This document shows positions 13,296 to 26,229 of a stretch of DNA of 64,000 bases, piece by piece; position 1 is the first letter of the stretch, and the number at the start of each line of letters is the position of its first letter. Both the position numbers and the translations under genes were made by a program. The notes under the pieces were generated by a model. It searched no databases, was not told the origin of the DNA, and worked only from the letters and a program-made list of their open reading frames with translations. This stretch comes from Octopus bimaculoides (Eukaryota). Location: contig NC_068984.1 in the NCBI RefSeq assembly GCF_001194135.2, positions 22,346,903-22,410,902 on the forward strand, in the 5' to 3' direction.

Positions 13296-13331
<36 letters not shown>

Positions 13332-13418
13332 GAAAAGCACCCGTACGAACATATATCACCTCTACTGCCATTACAGGAAACCGTAAATATAACACCAATG
13401 TCAGGAAGGGCGGTTACC

Positions 13419-13482
<64 letters not shown>

Positions 13483-13483
13483 T

Positions 13484-13527
<44 letters not shown>

Positions 13528-13649
13528 NNNNNNNNNNNNNNNNNNNNNNNNNNNNNNNNNNNNNNNNNNNNNNNNNNNNNNNNNNNNNNNNNNNNNNNNN
13601 NNNNNNNNNNNNNNNNNNNNNNNNNNNNNNNNNNNNNNNNNNNNNNNNN

Positions 13650-13691
<42 letters not shown>

Positions 13692-13692
13692 T

Positions 13693-13741
<49 letters not shown>

Positions 13742-14239
13742 CCTCCTATCTTGGCAAGCTCCAAACTTAATAAGTTTGGAGAAGAGATTGCCTCAAAACT
13801 TTGACACCTTTCACTTGCGGTATTTTCTTCAGATCAAGCATCTAATTTTATTCTATAATACCATAATGCAATTGAAGACCCAATTGAAACTGATTTACAA
13901 ATGATATTGCTTCGAGTTTTGTATTATAAAATGAATACAAAGACACAGTTTTCAACAGCTCAACAGAGTTTGCAATATATGTATACGCTTCAATTCCCAT
14001 TGCTAAATGAGAATGCTCATTGTGTTAAGTTAATGTTGACGTTTTTCATGTAATGGAGACATCAAAAATTTTATTAGTTATAATTATGTAATGATGAAAA
14101 GACATGAGATCAACGACTAATATTATCTCAATTATTCTCCAAAGTACAAGAGACAATTTATGACATTGCGATTGTGGCCCCGATTTTAATTTTCCAAGTA
14201 TCGAGGAATAATGACACCAAGCTGTTAATTATTTATCCA

Positions 14240-14382
14240 TGGTAACCTCAGTTTCTCTCTTTATTCCTGTCAATATTATGCAAGTATTATGATGTGGACA
14301 TAGTTTGCAAAAGAAGACTTCTTTCTCTGCAGCAGTCCATGTGAATTTACTTTGTTGAATATAAGCTACATAGTTCCGATAT
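14240..14382 (-). pseudogene. YWTD blade remnant
   Basis: ctttacttcag acceptor; open frame YIQQSKFTWTAAEKEVF (cf. DY..NRLYWTDA.KxxI). Confidence 0.4.
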
Positions 14383-14864
14383 CTGAAGTAAAGGTGACGC
14401 AATGTATGACTGAATAAACTATTAATTAATAGAATTTTCTCGATGTTTGTATATTCTCTATATACGTATACTTCTCAATGCAAGTATGTTCCAGAAACTC
14501 GTATAACAATAGACTTTAGGGATTAGCTGTACGGAAGACTGTTCATTCTATGCTCTTCTGCTCCTTTCAGAATACGGAGGTGAACGCAATTCAACTCAAT
14601 TGGACAAACTCGACGTGTAGCTTTATTTCTTCCTCTTATTTGCTCAACTCGAAATCACTAAAGAGCTATTTCACAAATTTCGAGAGCAGGAGGAAATGAA
14701 TATCGCAACATAGCGTCGGAGTTTCGTTTGTGAGTCCCGGCACAACGGTGGAAATGCTGCAAAGCATTTTCCCCGGCGCGAAAAAGATTCTGCCAGCTCG
14801 CCGCCTTTGAACTTTCTAATATTAGTTTTACATTTTGGTACAAAGCGAACTAGTTCGAGTAGGT

Positions 14865-15170
14865 CGTAAGTTAAGTACATCGACCCCAGTGCTCGATTGG
14901 TACTTATTTTACTGACCCTGGAAGTATGTAAGGCAAAGTCGATCTCGGTGGAATTTGAACACAGAGCGTAAAGGCGAATGAAATGCTTCTAAGCATTATG
15001 CCCGGCGTGCTAACAATTCAGTGGCATTTCGTCTCTCTTTGAGGTATGAGTTCAAACTCCGCCGTGGCCGACTTTCGGGGTCGATAAAATAAGTACCAGT
15101 TGAGTGCTGGTGTCGATGCAATTGACTTACACCCTCCCCCCAAATTGATGACTTTGTCTCAATATTTGAA
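14865..15170. mobile_element. Head-to-head pair of family-B SINEs (minus 14865-15020, plus 15020-15170); extra 5' fragment at 14745-14807(-)
   Basis: cgaccccagtgctcgattggtacttatttt versus aaaataagtaccagttgagtgctggtgtcg. Confidence 0.85.
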
Positions 15171-15189
15171 ATTAATATTGAGACTTATG

Positions 15190-16300
15190 ATGTCTTTATT
15201 AGCCCCAGTTTGATATTTTAGCAAATATTTGTAATCTTTTATCTTCTTATTTCCACCACAATTTTTTGTTATGCATCTGGCTTATGCCAAAATTTCAGAT
15301 CGAAGCAATAAATTTGGAGGACGGATTTTGTTGTCTTTCTTCAAATTCACCCTGCTGGATATTCTAGTTAATATTCTAGTTATCACGGTACAATGCTTTG
15401 CATTCGCGATACAATGCCTTTCATTCAAATGCCGTGCATTCTAGATACAATACCTCATACGAGTGCAACGTATCCTTAAAGAGTTCAAATATTTTTGCCT
15501 GTCATCCTTTCGGTGCTGAAAAGGACGTACCAGTTTAGTGCGACGGGTTGCCGGAACTGTTCATGCTGTCGGAACAGATACCTTAAAGTATCTATTCGGG
15601 TTCTTTGCGTTCATTTAACAATAGCTGCGAAGATGTGTCGGTCTAAGTCAGCAGACTTTCTCTGGGTTAAACACCAACGGCGTAGAAAAGTGAGATTGCC
15701 TGACTGGGGAAATGTTAACCTTGCTCAAAGAAAATCTTGCCCTGATATATTCATATGAAAAGTTATCTTTGGACGAGGGATCACCAATGTATATATTCTT
15801 GGTTTCGGGCTATGCGAGAAGCTGAAAAAGCAGGGCTGTAGTTGTTGTTGCAATTGTAGTTTCTTACTTATTGTGATCGAATTTTCTGAGGTGTCTATTC
15901 CATTGTCCCAGTGACTACTGGACCAACTTATCAGATATATCCCTTTTAAAGGTGTTTGGAAGCGAGTTAATGGCGATTTCACAGTCATTGATAGCAGGCT
16001 GATTGCTCGCCTAGAAACTCCTTCATCGATTTCCATTAGAGTAGAACTCTTGTGACAAGTGTCTGCGTTAAGAAACGCCTGTTGCTCGTGGTTACCACTG
16101 TCACTACACAAACTCAGGTAACTGGTTACTTTCTCCCCAGTGTGTACCACTCGGAAAACTATATGGTATCTTGCTATCTTACTCAAACATTATATTACCC
16201 ACCACCGCTCTACCCGCTACTTCGTTCACTTAAAGAAGCTGTTAGCGTCTATGGAGATTACCCTAAAAGTATTTCTTCTGTCCAATTTATCTGAGTGATA
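15190..16300 (-). mobile_element. Possible N-terminal region of a Penelope-like ORF
   Basis: Coding-like composition, 153-aa ORF and a frameshifted IK.A(N/D)K motif. No catalytic motif seen. Confidence 0.25.
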
Positions 16301-17093
16301 CATGATGCGTGTATTCCCACGTTTCCTACATTGTTTTTAGTGTGTTTGTTTTTGTTTTTTTTTTCCTGTTGCAACCTTTTCTTATAGTTTTCTGTTCATT
16401 ATTATTATTTCTTTTTTGTTTTGTATTGGCGCTTAGTTTCCTTTTAATCATTTTTGGTTTGAGGTTTGCATTTGTTGTGTTTATTGTTATTTTTCCTGCC
16501 TGATGTTACGTTTACTTTAATTCACATTATTAGTGCTTTGCTTTTATATCTTTATTTATTTTGGTTGTTATGTCTGTTAATGCAGATATTGTTTTTTACA
16601 GGTTTTTTTGCGTCTGTTTTAGTGTATTTAGTTGTTAACATTTACATTTTGTTGTTAGTTCTGATGATATTGATACAATTTTTATTATTGTTGTTGGTTT
16701 TAGACATATGGGTTTTTGTTATGGCTGTTAATTTATTTTGCTATTTTTTTCTTCATTTCCTTCTGGGCTTTATTGTTTGTTGTTTTGGATACAGAACATT
16801 GATTAAACCGCCTTTTACGTAAATCATAGAAAGCGTTACTTTGTTATCAGTAACTTTGACACACATACGAACACTCTCGCGCACAAGACCCAACCGTACA
16901 CGCACACATACACACGCACTCACACGTACATACATGTACACATCCACAGATACATGCATACAGATACGAGCACACAAATATAAATACATAAATATGTTTA
17001 CACAAATGCATACGTGCACTGATATATCTTCACTTATTCCTCACATACATAAATAATCACGCATACTTGAACACTCAACTACACATGTGTGTA

Positions 17094-17152
<59 letters not shown>

Positions 17153-18289
17153 TAGCAAGCTATTATGCTGTTGCCACGAAGGGAAAACAAATCCATCGTT
17201 GTCTACTCAATAATAGATAGGCCTTCATATTCTTTTGTTTTTGCATTCTTTGTGTTTGTTTTTGGACATATCAAGAGATATTGGAGTGACTATAACAACC
17301 AATCATTCCAAGTGTATTTGTGATATTTCCTTCGCGTCTGAATACATGGACAATTCCATTATGTTTGACCTGGTTCTCGTTTCTTTATCTGCTTAAAGTT
17401 GACCCGTTGACCTCATCATGAAGTAATGTCATTAGCCATCTCGTACATTCCATACAGCGACCGTTCCCTTTCTTCATGTGTTTCAATCATTGCTATTGAA
17501 TTCTTTCTTTTGTATTTCTAAACAGTATGCTTAACAATTTAATTTTGTTATAATGTGTGTATGTTGTTTAGTATACGATAAAGGTTAAAGTTAACTCTGT
17601 AGCATAAAGTTGGAGAAGAAGGACACTATACAACTAAGAAACTAGGGTAAAATTCTCTTCACTAGATACTATAGCATACTAGAAACCAAATATTACTATA
17701 TGGGTTATTGTAACAGAGTTAAGACGTGCATAACATTGAAGAAAGCTCTACTTGTTTGTGATGCAATTTTAAAACGCGAGAAAGCTGATTTTTCATGTAG
17801 ATAGAAAAGTCGTTCATATGCAGACATTGTGAGTAATAACAATGAAATCTCACAATTTCATTGCTATTTGCATGGCAACAATTGAGCCAATATATAGATG
17901 TTGACTAGGTGTATCATGGTGTTCTACATCATTTTAATTGCTATTACAATATACTGTTGTTAGAATGAAGGCACTTATCGATGTAGATAAATAAAACATA
18001 CACACAAACATACTTACACGCGACGAAAGAAAATTTACTCCTTGACTAATTTCTAACGTCAACGTAGTGTTCTTCGTTGAGGTCTGAGAGAAATAGCAAC
18101 CACGGATTCCATATTTTAATGGAAATTCATTAGCAACACATCCTGTAACCAGATGTAACTGACATCCTTTATTACCACAAAAAAGAAAGAGATATGTGAT
18201 ATCTACCTGCCCCTGAAACAACTGAAGACCATCGCCTTCGTCAGCCCTATTTACTCGACCTTAAAATCCACTTGTGACGAGTCACTTTT

Positions 18290-19020
18290 TTGTCACATCT
18301 CTGTCAGTATAGATCTCTACACAGTCACTCTCACCACCATCGTATTTTTCCAAACCCCACCAACGCCCATTTTTACCTTGAATTTCTCTCCTTTAAGCCT
18401 AACCTTACCATGTACTCCATCTGGCAGGATCAGCTTCTCTTTCGTCGCTGTTTCTGTAGCTGTGGCCTGGATTTCGATGTACAACTACAATACATGGTGC
18501 CCACATATTCCAACCAAGCCTAAGATATCATTACTCATGCCCATTAAGTACACTGCACCTCCACTCTCTTCCTCACATTTATCCATCCCCCAAACTCTTT
18601 CCTTTACCTCCCACCAAACACACCTCCCTTACAATCGTTCCGAATCTTCTTAAGTGATCCAAATTTCCACATCTGAAAAGCACCTCTTCTCCTTTTTAAG
18701 TTGGTCCGTAACCTATTTGAGCAGCCCGTCTTTAGCTTCTTGACTATCTTTGCATATAGAACCCAGATCTCTTCTGTGATTTAGTTCCACACTTTCCTCT
18801 CCAATACTACCATCTTCACTAAACAAAGTGTTATTTCTTCCAAACAACTAACTCCTTCCCCTGTATTTCTAGCAATGCTAACTTCTGCTTAAAAGACTTT
18901 CTCTGACTCTCCTACTACATCGGATAAACTAAACATACTTGTCTATCACTTTCATGAACAACTCCGGGACATCCATTTCTTGAATGAGTCTCCCGTTTCA
19001 CCCCATTTACACCCTGGAGA
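18290..19020 (-). mobile_element. Degenerate RTE-like LINE RT fragment
   Basis: GVK(R)G..MSPELFMKVID, TLFSED (cf. LLFADD), EYVGT (cf. KYLGS). Confidence 0.6.
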
Positions 19021-20369
19021 TCAATTCAACCAGCATTTCCTCGTGTGAGATTTAGCCACACACAGTGCTATCTTGGACTTTCGTCTACAATGCAAACATA
19101 AACTCATTTTCGCGCACACCTCAATGGCATATAAACCCCAAATAGTCATGCATACAAACATACATACTACGCACAAGACAGCATCATACACAGTTACACA
19201 ACAACAAAACATGAAAACACATACAATCAAAGCAATGTTATTCATACACACACGCCTACATTGACAAATATATCCTCCATAGCATCACTGCAGTGCTGGC
19301 ACACTACGACTATCAAAGCTCAACGAAATGTAACTAGCATTCACATACACGCATACACCAACTAGACATCACCACGCACACACACAACTTTGACTTGTGG
19401 CTTATTCACATATAAAGAGCAAAGTACAGAGCTGGTGGATATTTATAGATGAACAATTTTATAAAATGTATGGTGTTGTGGGAAATTTTTTCTTGTAAGA
19501 TGACTTAGTAATTTTGGACGGCTGTCAGATAGTGGTAATAAATTAAACTGTAGCTTTTGAAGTTGAAAAATCTTTAAATAAATGTAGAAATGGAATAAAA
19601 TAAATACGTATTAATCGATTTAGTTTTACGTGACAATACAAAAGCAAATTATTTATCAGGTATATATTTATATAGGACTTAATGCTACATCGGAAGAGGT
19701 TACCTATCAGTGAAATAAATGGTTTATATTTCATTGTTTTATAATTTTTGTTTGCAACATAGGATTTTATAAGAAGCTATTGTAGAGCACGAGGATTATA
19801 TTTTTAATACATCGGTAAGCTTGGCGTGTGATAGGATTTCAATATATGTTTATGAGGTTAGAAGATTGAAATTATCCTATATGTACCGATAAAGATGTAG
19901 AAGTTGTTTTCTTTTATTTTTTCTTCATATGTGTAGAGATAGACACTTGGGAATTTCAGTAAATAGATCTTTAAGTTTCGATTTAGATCGACCTTAATAG
20001 TAGAATGGTAGTTAATATTATTAAAAGCAAGAGAATAAATATAAAAAACAATTATGTGGGTGGAATTTGAAGTTTTAGAGCATAAAGAGCAGAGTGAATA
20101 CCGGAAAAAAATTTGTCTGATGCTTTAACGTTTCTGAGGATCTAGCGGCTTAACCACGATCATAGTAACAGCAATAACAAATGTAGCATAATCTACTGTT
20201 AGAAGTATTCAGTACTTCGTTCAGAACGTGAAAGCCTGGTTCTTACCTTAAACACACTCACACGCATATGCACTATGCACGCACGTATGCACCTCCCCCA
20301 ACACACAAATTCGTGTAAAGTAATGTTTAATACATTCGCGTGTAATAGGACGTGATAAGATCTTTCACT

Positions 20370-20718
20370 GCAGGAATAGTCCCAGAATTCTCCACCTACA
20401 TTTTATTCTAGGCTGTGCAATCTACACAATGGGTGTCTACCCAGTTTTATTGCAACTATGTGGGTTGAACGAGGCCATATGAACATGACTAAAAAGCTGA
20501 TGCCCGAGTGGCCCTATTAACACATACATACGTAGGAACCGACGTTACTGCTATTTTTAACCCCAGGAGGACGCCTCTTCAAGTTGATTATTCGATGCAA
20601 TCTGCACCCGATATATATTGCAAGCAGGGAAGCAAACCTCTATCATCTTCTATCCACGAGACCACCAGACCGTACGGTTTCGACCTCTTTGTCGCTATCC
20701 TCGGTGGTGGACACTCGT
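20370..20718 (-). pseudogene. YWTD blades 2-3 remnant
   Basis: tttgcag acceptor at 20718; KPYGLVVSWI..SGADCIE*ST*RG; donor AC|GTATGT at 20532; then VMFIW..GRHPLCRLHSLE from an AG at 20488. Confidence 0.6.
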
Positions 20719-21004
20719 CTGCAAATGATAGCAGTAGTTCACACTGTCACTGATCTTGCGACAAGCAAATCAGCTAGTTAGAAAAGTTAGAAAATCTCTA
20801 TAAGAGATGAAAGCAGTACCTATTCTGAGAAGTACTGTTTATTACCGCTTAAACATGGTTTTCTTCTCTTATAGGATTTTCTGCTTTTTTATTGCTTTCA
20901 TCCCTTGCAAATTTGCATGTTTCAAGGTCAGTGACTGTGTGTCACTTGATTTCTACATATTGCGAACTGAAGTGCGGTTATCTTTAGCGGACACGTATCC
21001 AAAC

Positions 21005-21040
21005 CTGAGGATGACCACAATGAGTTCGAAACGGGTCACT
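21005..21040 (+). ncRNA. Minimal hammerhead-like motif (Penelope pLTR type), degenerate
   Basis: CTGAGGA-imperfect stem II-GAAAC-GG-GTC. Core intact but helix I does not pair. Confidence 0.4.
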
Positions 21041-21049
21041 TCATCATGT

Positions 21050-21215
21050 TGCGTTTCCTTTTTCGTTCTCTCCATTGTTTCCCTCTCAATCCTTCCTGCC
21101 GAAGGGCGTAGGCTCGAAACGCCAAAGACTTTCCATTCTTCCCGAGCGTCAAACTAATATACCTGCTTGTTGCACCCTCACCTGTCTTCTCTTTTTGTTT
21201 TCTATAAATTTGTTA
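21050..21215 (+). mobile_element. Hammerhead-bearing short repeat, copy 1
   Basis: CTGCCGA-A-GGGC(GTAG)GCTC-GAAAC-GCC at 21096-21123; flank gagcgtcaaactaata..ctcac shared with the 41.7-kb and 49.1-kb copies. Confidence 0.7.
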
Positions 21216-21598
21216 TATATATATATATATAAAACATTCTTTGGGCAACTACATATATATATATGTAACTTTCTTTGAACAATTATATATGTACAGTGTC
21301 TTCCAGATAATCTGAGACCGTATAAAAGAAATCATATTCTCATATCAAAAGTGACTGCATGACTTAAAATGACTAATAGAACCTTAAATATTATTACCTA
21401 AGCATTTTTGATTTTTTTTTTAGATTCTTTTCAGTTCCCTGCGAACATCTCATGAGGGGGATTGATTCTTCGCTCAAGAAATTTGAAGCGACGTGAAACC
21501 AGCACACTGTTAGTTAGTATATATAATTCTAAACATATGTGGTGTGTGCTACTTCCTTCGGCCTGTTTACTTTTCCGTACCATACACAAACACACACT

Positions 21599-21653
<55 letters not shown>

Positions 21654-22199
21654 GCATGCATGCAAGCACGCACACATATATATATATAGATATGTATGTA
21701 TGTATATATATATATATATGTATATAGAGAGAAGTCACAAAAAAACAAAAGACGAAGACAGGTGGTGTAGACAACAAACAAAATGGGTGTGTGTGTGTCT
21801 GTGTGTATGTGTGTGGGGGGCTATATATATGTTTATATATACAAGTGCATGCACATACATGCATTCATACATACATATATACATACATAAGAGAAAGTGA
21901 AAGTGCACCTGTACTGTTTAAAAAGATTTATGTTCAGTTACCTAATCGGTTCCATGATTTAATGATTTTCAAAAGTAATGTATTATAGAACACCTTAAAC
22001 TCTACCGAATCTTTCTCGCCTCTAACGGAGTTTGAAAATTTACTCCTTTTTATGGAGAGATTATGGCTCGAATTATTTGAAGTTAGTCACGTGTGGCAGG
22101 GATAGGAAATGCGTGTTATGTTCGCGTATTTGCTGAGATGACAGTATGGACGATAATTACTCCAACTATCAAGGCTGTGTTAATCCGGTGAATATTTTA

Positions 22200-23150
22200 G
22201 GTAATACTATAAGCGATAGGTTATCAGAATAGCAAAAAATTCGGAAATAGCTTATTATTTGTAAGCGGATATTATTAAGAATTCTAACTGGTTGCTTATG
22301 TATTTATGAGTAAGAAGTGAAACTTCAATACTATAATGTCTCTTCGATATGTTATAAATTATTCAATCGTTATATATTTACTTTGATAAGAATAGTTTCT
22401 TTATTTGCCCGTATTTGTCCTACAGTCTTGTCAGAACTAAGGTAAAGAAGGAAGATAGACATTTGGTGATACGTTTGTCGCATATTAGTCTAATTAATAC
22501 TGAGTCTCTTTCCTAAGGTAATTTCCGTTTGGCTGATGTACACTTCATTACAAGATTACGTTTAAGGGCATAAACGAAAACGCTTGTTATTAACGAGAAG
22601 TAAAGGTATTCACTGAAAGCATCTCCGTATTTAAATTTATGTTCCCTCGGTAAGGTTGATGCAAGCCTCACACTTAGAGCAACGGCAGTGTTAGACTATT
22701 TGTGTTTATATTTCAGTAGATAATGTGGATCTTGTGTGTTTTGCTTGTGTATTTCCAGTGATGTTTTCATTTTTTGGTCATACATATATAATGTTTTAGT
22801 ATTCTTTTGTAGGATAAACTTAATTCATCAGTAATTAGTCTTTTTCTATTCGATCTGTGATTTCGTAGGGGAAGTTTTCAAATCAGAATTCTATGATTTC
22901 TAGATCATTGTCGTGTGGGATAGCAATATATAGAGTTACTAGATCAAATAACACAATAATAGTGATTTTATTAACATTTTGCAAGGTGGTTTAACTGATC
23001 CAATGATTGCGATTAGTTTCAACATCATGTCTACCAACTTGCTGAGACTCGGTGTTTGACATATTAGGTCACTAATGTTGGTCTTAAGGCCGTCTGCGGT
23101 ATTGTATATTGAGCCATTTTGAAATTGGTTTTTACTGGCGTTCAGATCCC
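22200..23150 (-). mobile_element. Penelope-like element, internally deleted (RT 5' part + GIY-YIG)
   Basis: LRP..; LICQTPSLSKLVDMMLK; FDLVTLYIAIPH; RCSKCEAC; CNEVYISQTEITLGKRL. Confidence 0.8.
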
Positions 23151-23603
23151 TTTACCGAACACTATCTTTGAAAGTCACAAAAATGGGAAACTGTTTAAGA
23201 AAACGGAAATAATTTTTTTAGAAAATTAAGTACACCAGCAGGACCCGTGAATATATTACGGAATTAATGGTAAACCTATTTGGTTATTTCTGAAAAAAGA
23301 AACACATGATGATAACCTAATAGGATATTTCTGAAAAGTTTATTCACCGTAACCTGCGCTGTGTCTGTATGAAAAGAGTGAAAGCGCAGCATGCATAGTG
23401 TCTGTATGAAAACACTGAATTACGTAATGGTGCTGTTTTCTCACATCTGAACAAAATATACTATAAAGTCGACAAAATTTAAAAAAACAATGTACATGCA
23501 CGAAATTAAACATCTAAATTTGTGACAATTTACCCATCGCACCCTGTATATATATATATACTACTACTACGACTACTACTGCTACTACTACTACAATACA
23601 ATA

Positions 23604-24478
23604 CAATACAATAAAATCCTTTTCTGGCGAAATAAAGCACCGTAAAGGTAGAATATAAATAGGAAATAGTAGCACAACAAGGTTCTAGTTTGTGCTGGAA
23701 ATAACAGTAGATAATCGTTCGACGCTAGGTAAAGCTTCACTGAATATATAGAGACAAAGATGTGTACCGGCGGCGAATATAAAAAAATTTTCGTCTTACC
23801 TCTAGGAAGAAGCCAGAGGAATGAATTACCTAGTATTCGAGGCTTGAACTTTTCAGAATACGTTTGTAATCGTAAAACTGATTGGTCCTCGTCAGCTGGG
23901 TGCACCGAAGAGACTAAATTTAAAATATCGTCTACATCAATGCCTGTATTCTTAGCCAATAGCTCCAACCATAAACAGAACCGAGATTAGCAAAACATTT
24001 TATACAAAAATATAAATATTATTACAAAAACTGGTACCTTGTTGTGCCACTATTTCCTATTTATAATTCTACCTTTACGGTACTTTATTTCACTGGAAAT
24101 TAATATTATTGTACTGTAATAATATTTATATTTTTATATATAACTTTTTCACTGATCTCGGTTCTGTCTATGGTTGGAGTTATTGACCGAGTATACAAGC
24201 ATTGATGAAGCGGATATTTTAAATTTAGTCTCTTCTGTGGACCTAGCTGACGAGGACCAATCAGTTTTACGATAACAAACATATTCTGCAAAGTTAGAAC
24301 CTCGAGTATCAGGTTGTCCATTTCTTTGGCGTTCTTCCTATAGGTAAGACGAAAATTCTTTATATTCGCCGCCCACACACATCTTTACCTCTATACATTC
24401 AGTAAAGCTTTACCTAGTGTCGAACGATTATTGACTACTATTTCCAACAAAAATTGGTACCTTGTTGTGCCACTATTT

Positions 24479-24481
<3 letters not shown>
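23604..24481. mobile_element. MITE-like element (~510 bp, ~85-bp TIR) plus an adjoining inverted copy
   Basis: Structure X-Y-X'-Y'-X'; the right end of copy 1 reads GTACTG|TA. Confidence 0.75.
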
Positions 24482-24525
<44 letters not shown>

Positions 24526-25429
24526 ACGCAAGTATTTATCGACACACACGTATGCATATACATAATGCATATATATGTGTGGCCATGTTCGTATGTATAT
24601 GTATCTGTTTTGGTATGCATATTTCTATTCCAGACTGAAGTATGAAATGTTTCTCACATCAGCAAGGTGATGAAAAACATAATTATTTGTTATTTTCAAA
24701 TATTTACATTATTTATTTATTTACTGACGGCTGCATTGCTTAACATGATGCCATCTAAACTCGAGAATATCAATAATAAAAGTATATCGAATCAACTATA
24801 AACAAAATATAATAATAATAACCTAGAAAACAAAAAGAACAACTGTCAAACTCATAACAAACAACTTTAGTGAATATTAAAACGAACAGGCTTCAGATGT
24901 AACTACCACGCTCTCACCAAAATATTACGAGCGCGCACGCAAATACACACACGCACACACACACACACACACACACGCAGAAACGCATTCATATATATAT
25001 TTACACTCATTCATAAACGCACACACCCACATATAAACTGCCATGGTATTTTAAAAAATGATTTTTTAATGTAAAATTTTAATAACTGTGTTTCAATATA
25101 AATTGTCTATATATTTTATATTTGATACAGATACTGGTCGAGTACCAAGTAAATGTGATTGATATCAATATATATATATAAACGAATTTAAATGTAAAAC
25201 AATGATATAAAAATTAAATCATTTTCTACCCACCGTGATAATGGCTTATCTGGTACTGGTTTCGACGCTCCCCAGTCAAATGAAACTTTAAGGAATACAA
25301 GAAAAGGAAAGCCGAAATACCTTAATATTGCGTTAGTTAACGTGTAAAGTTCTTCCGTTCTTCACATTCAGAAATAGAAGTTATCACATGCACCTCTTCT
25401 CCATCAAACATCAGGCGTTAGGTGTCGAA

Positions 25430-25550
25430 GTAATGGAAGGTCAACGTGAAATGAAATGTTTTACTCAAGATCACAGCGCTTCACTCGGTCAATTGAAACT
25501 ACGATCCAGTAATCGTGAGTGCAAACACCCAAACCACTAGGCCATGCGTC
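25430..25550 (-). mobile_element. SINE family C head
   Basis: gaaatgttttactcaagatcacagcgc..aaccactaggccatgcg. Confidence 0.7.
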
Positions 25551-25974
25551 TTTACTCACTTTCTCTTTACATATATATATATATATATATANNNNNNNNN
25601 NNNNNNNNNNNNNNNNNNNNNNNNNNNNNNNNNNNNNNNNNNNNNNNNNNNNNNNNNNNNNNNNNNNNNNNNNNNNNNNNNNNNNNNNNNNNNNNNNNNN
25701 NNNNNNNNNNNNNNNNNNNNNNNNNNNNNNNNNNNNNNNNNNNNNNNNNNNNNNNNNNNNNNNNNNNNNNNNNNNNNNNNNNNNNNNNNNNNNNNNNNNN
25801 NNNNNNNNNNNNNNNNNNNNNNNNNNNNNNNNNNNNNNNNNNNNNNNNNNNNNNNNNNNNNNNNNNNNNNNNNNNNNNNNNNNNNNNNNNNNNNNNNNNN
25901 NNNNNNNNNNNNNNNNNNNNNNNNNNNNNNNNNNNNNNNNNNNNNNNNNNNNNNNNNNNNNTATATATATACGT

Positions 25975-26095
25975 ATAGGCACAGAAGTGGCTATGTGTTA
26001 GGCTGCTTGCTTACCAACCACAGGGTTCCGGGTCCAGTCTTACTGCGTGGCACCTTGGTACTATAGCTTCGGGCCGACCAAGGCCTTGTCAATGG
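25975..26095 (+). mobile_element. SINE family A, 5' half
   Basis: gcttgcttaccaaccacagggttccgggtccagtc..ggccgaccaaggccttgt. Confidence 0.85.
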
Positions 26096-26229
26096 ATATG
26101 TGTGTGTGTGTGTGTGTGTATGTGTGTGTGTGTGTATGCATGCATATACTAAGAAATTAAATAAGTTTCTTCTAGCATTGGCCCAGACCATGCCTAACTT
26201 AATATCACCACCTGTAAAAGACATTTAAA

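Noticed and set aside
13440-13740. Identical TG/TA blocks on both sides of a gap (similarly 54810-54990)
   Set aside because: Most likely overlapping contig ends left unmerged by the assembler.
16130-16160. HTGEK string in ORF 15725-16186
   Set aside because: No flanking C2H2 Cys/His pattern.
19500-20030. Possible Penelope GIY-YIG remnant
   Set aside because: AT-rich with only vague motif similarity; cannot be supported by eye.
20584-20781. Plus-strand ORF with LHPIYIASR resembling gypsy RNase H
   Set aside because: Single short motif; the minus strand is better explained as a YWTD exon with splice sites.
24247-24275. CTGACGAGGACC motif in the foldback element
   Set aside because: No stem II closed by GAAA follows; not a hammerhead.
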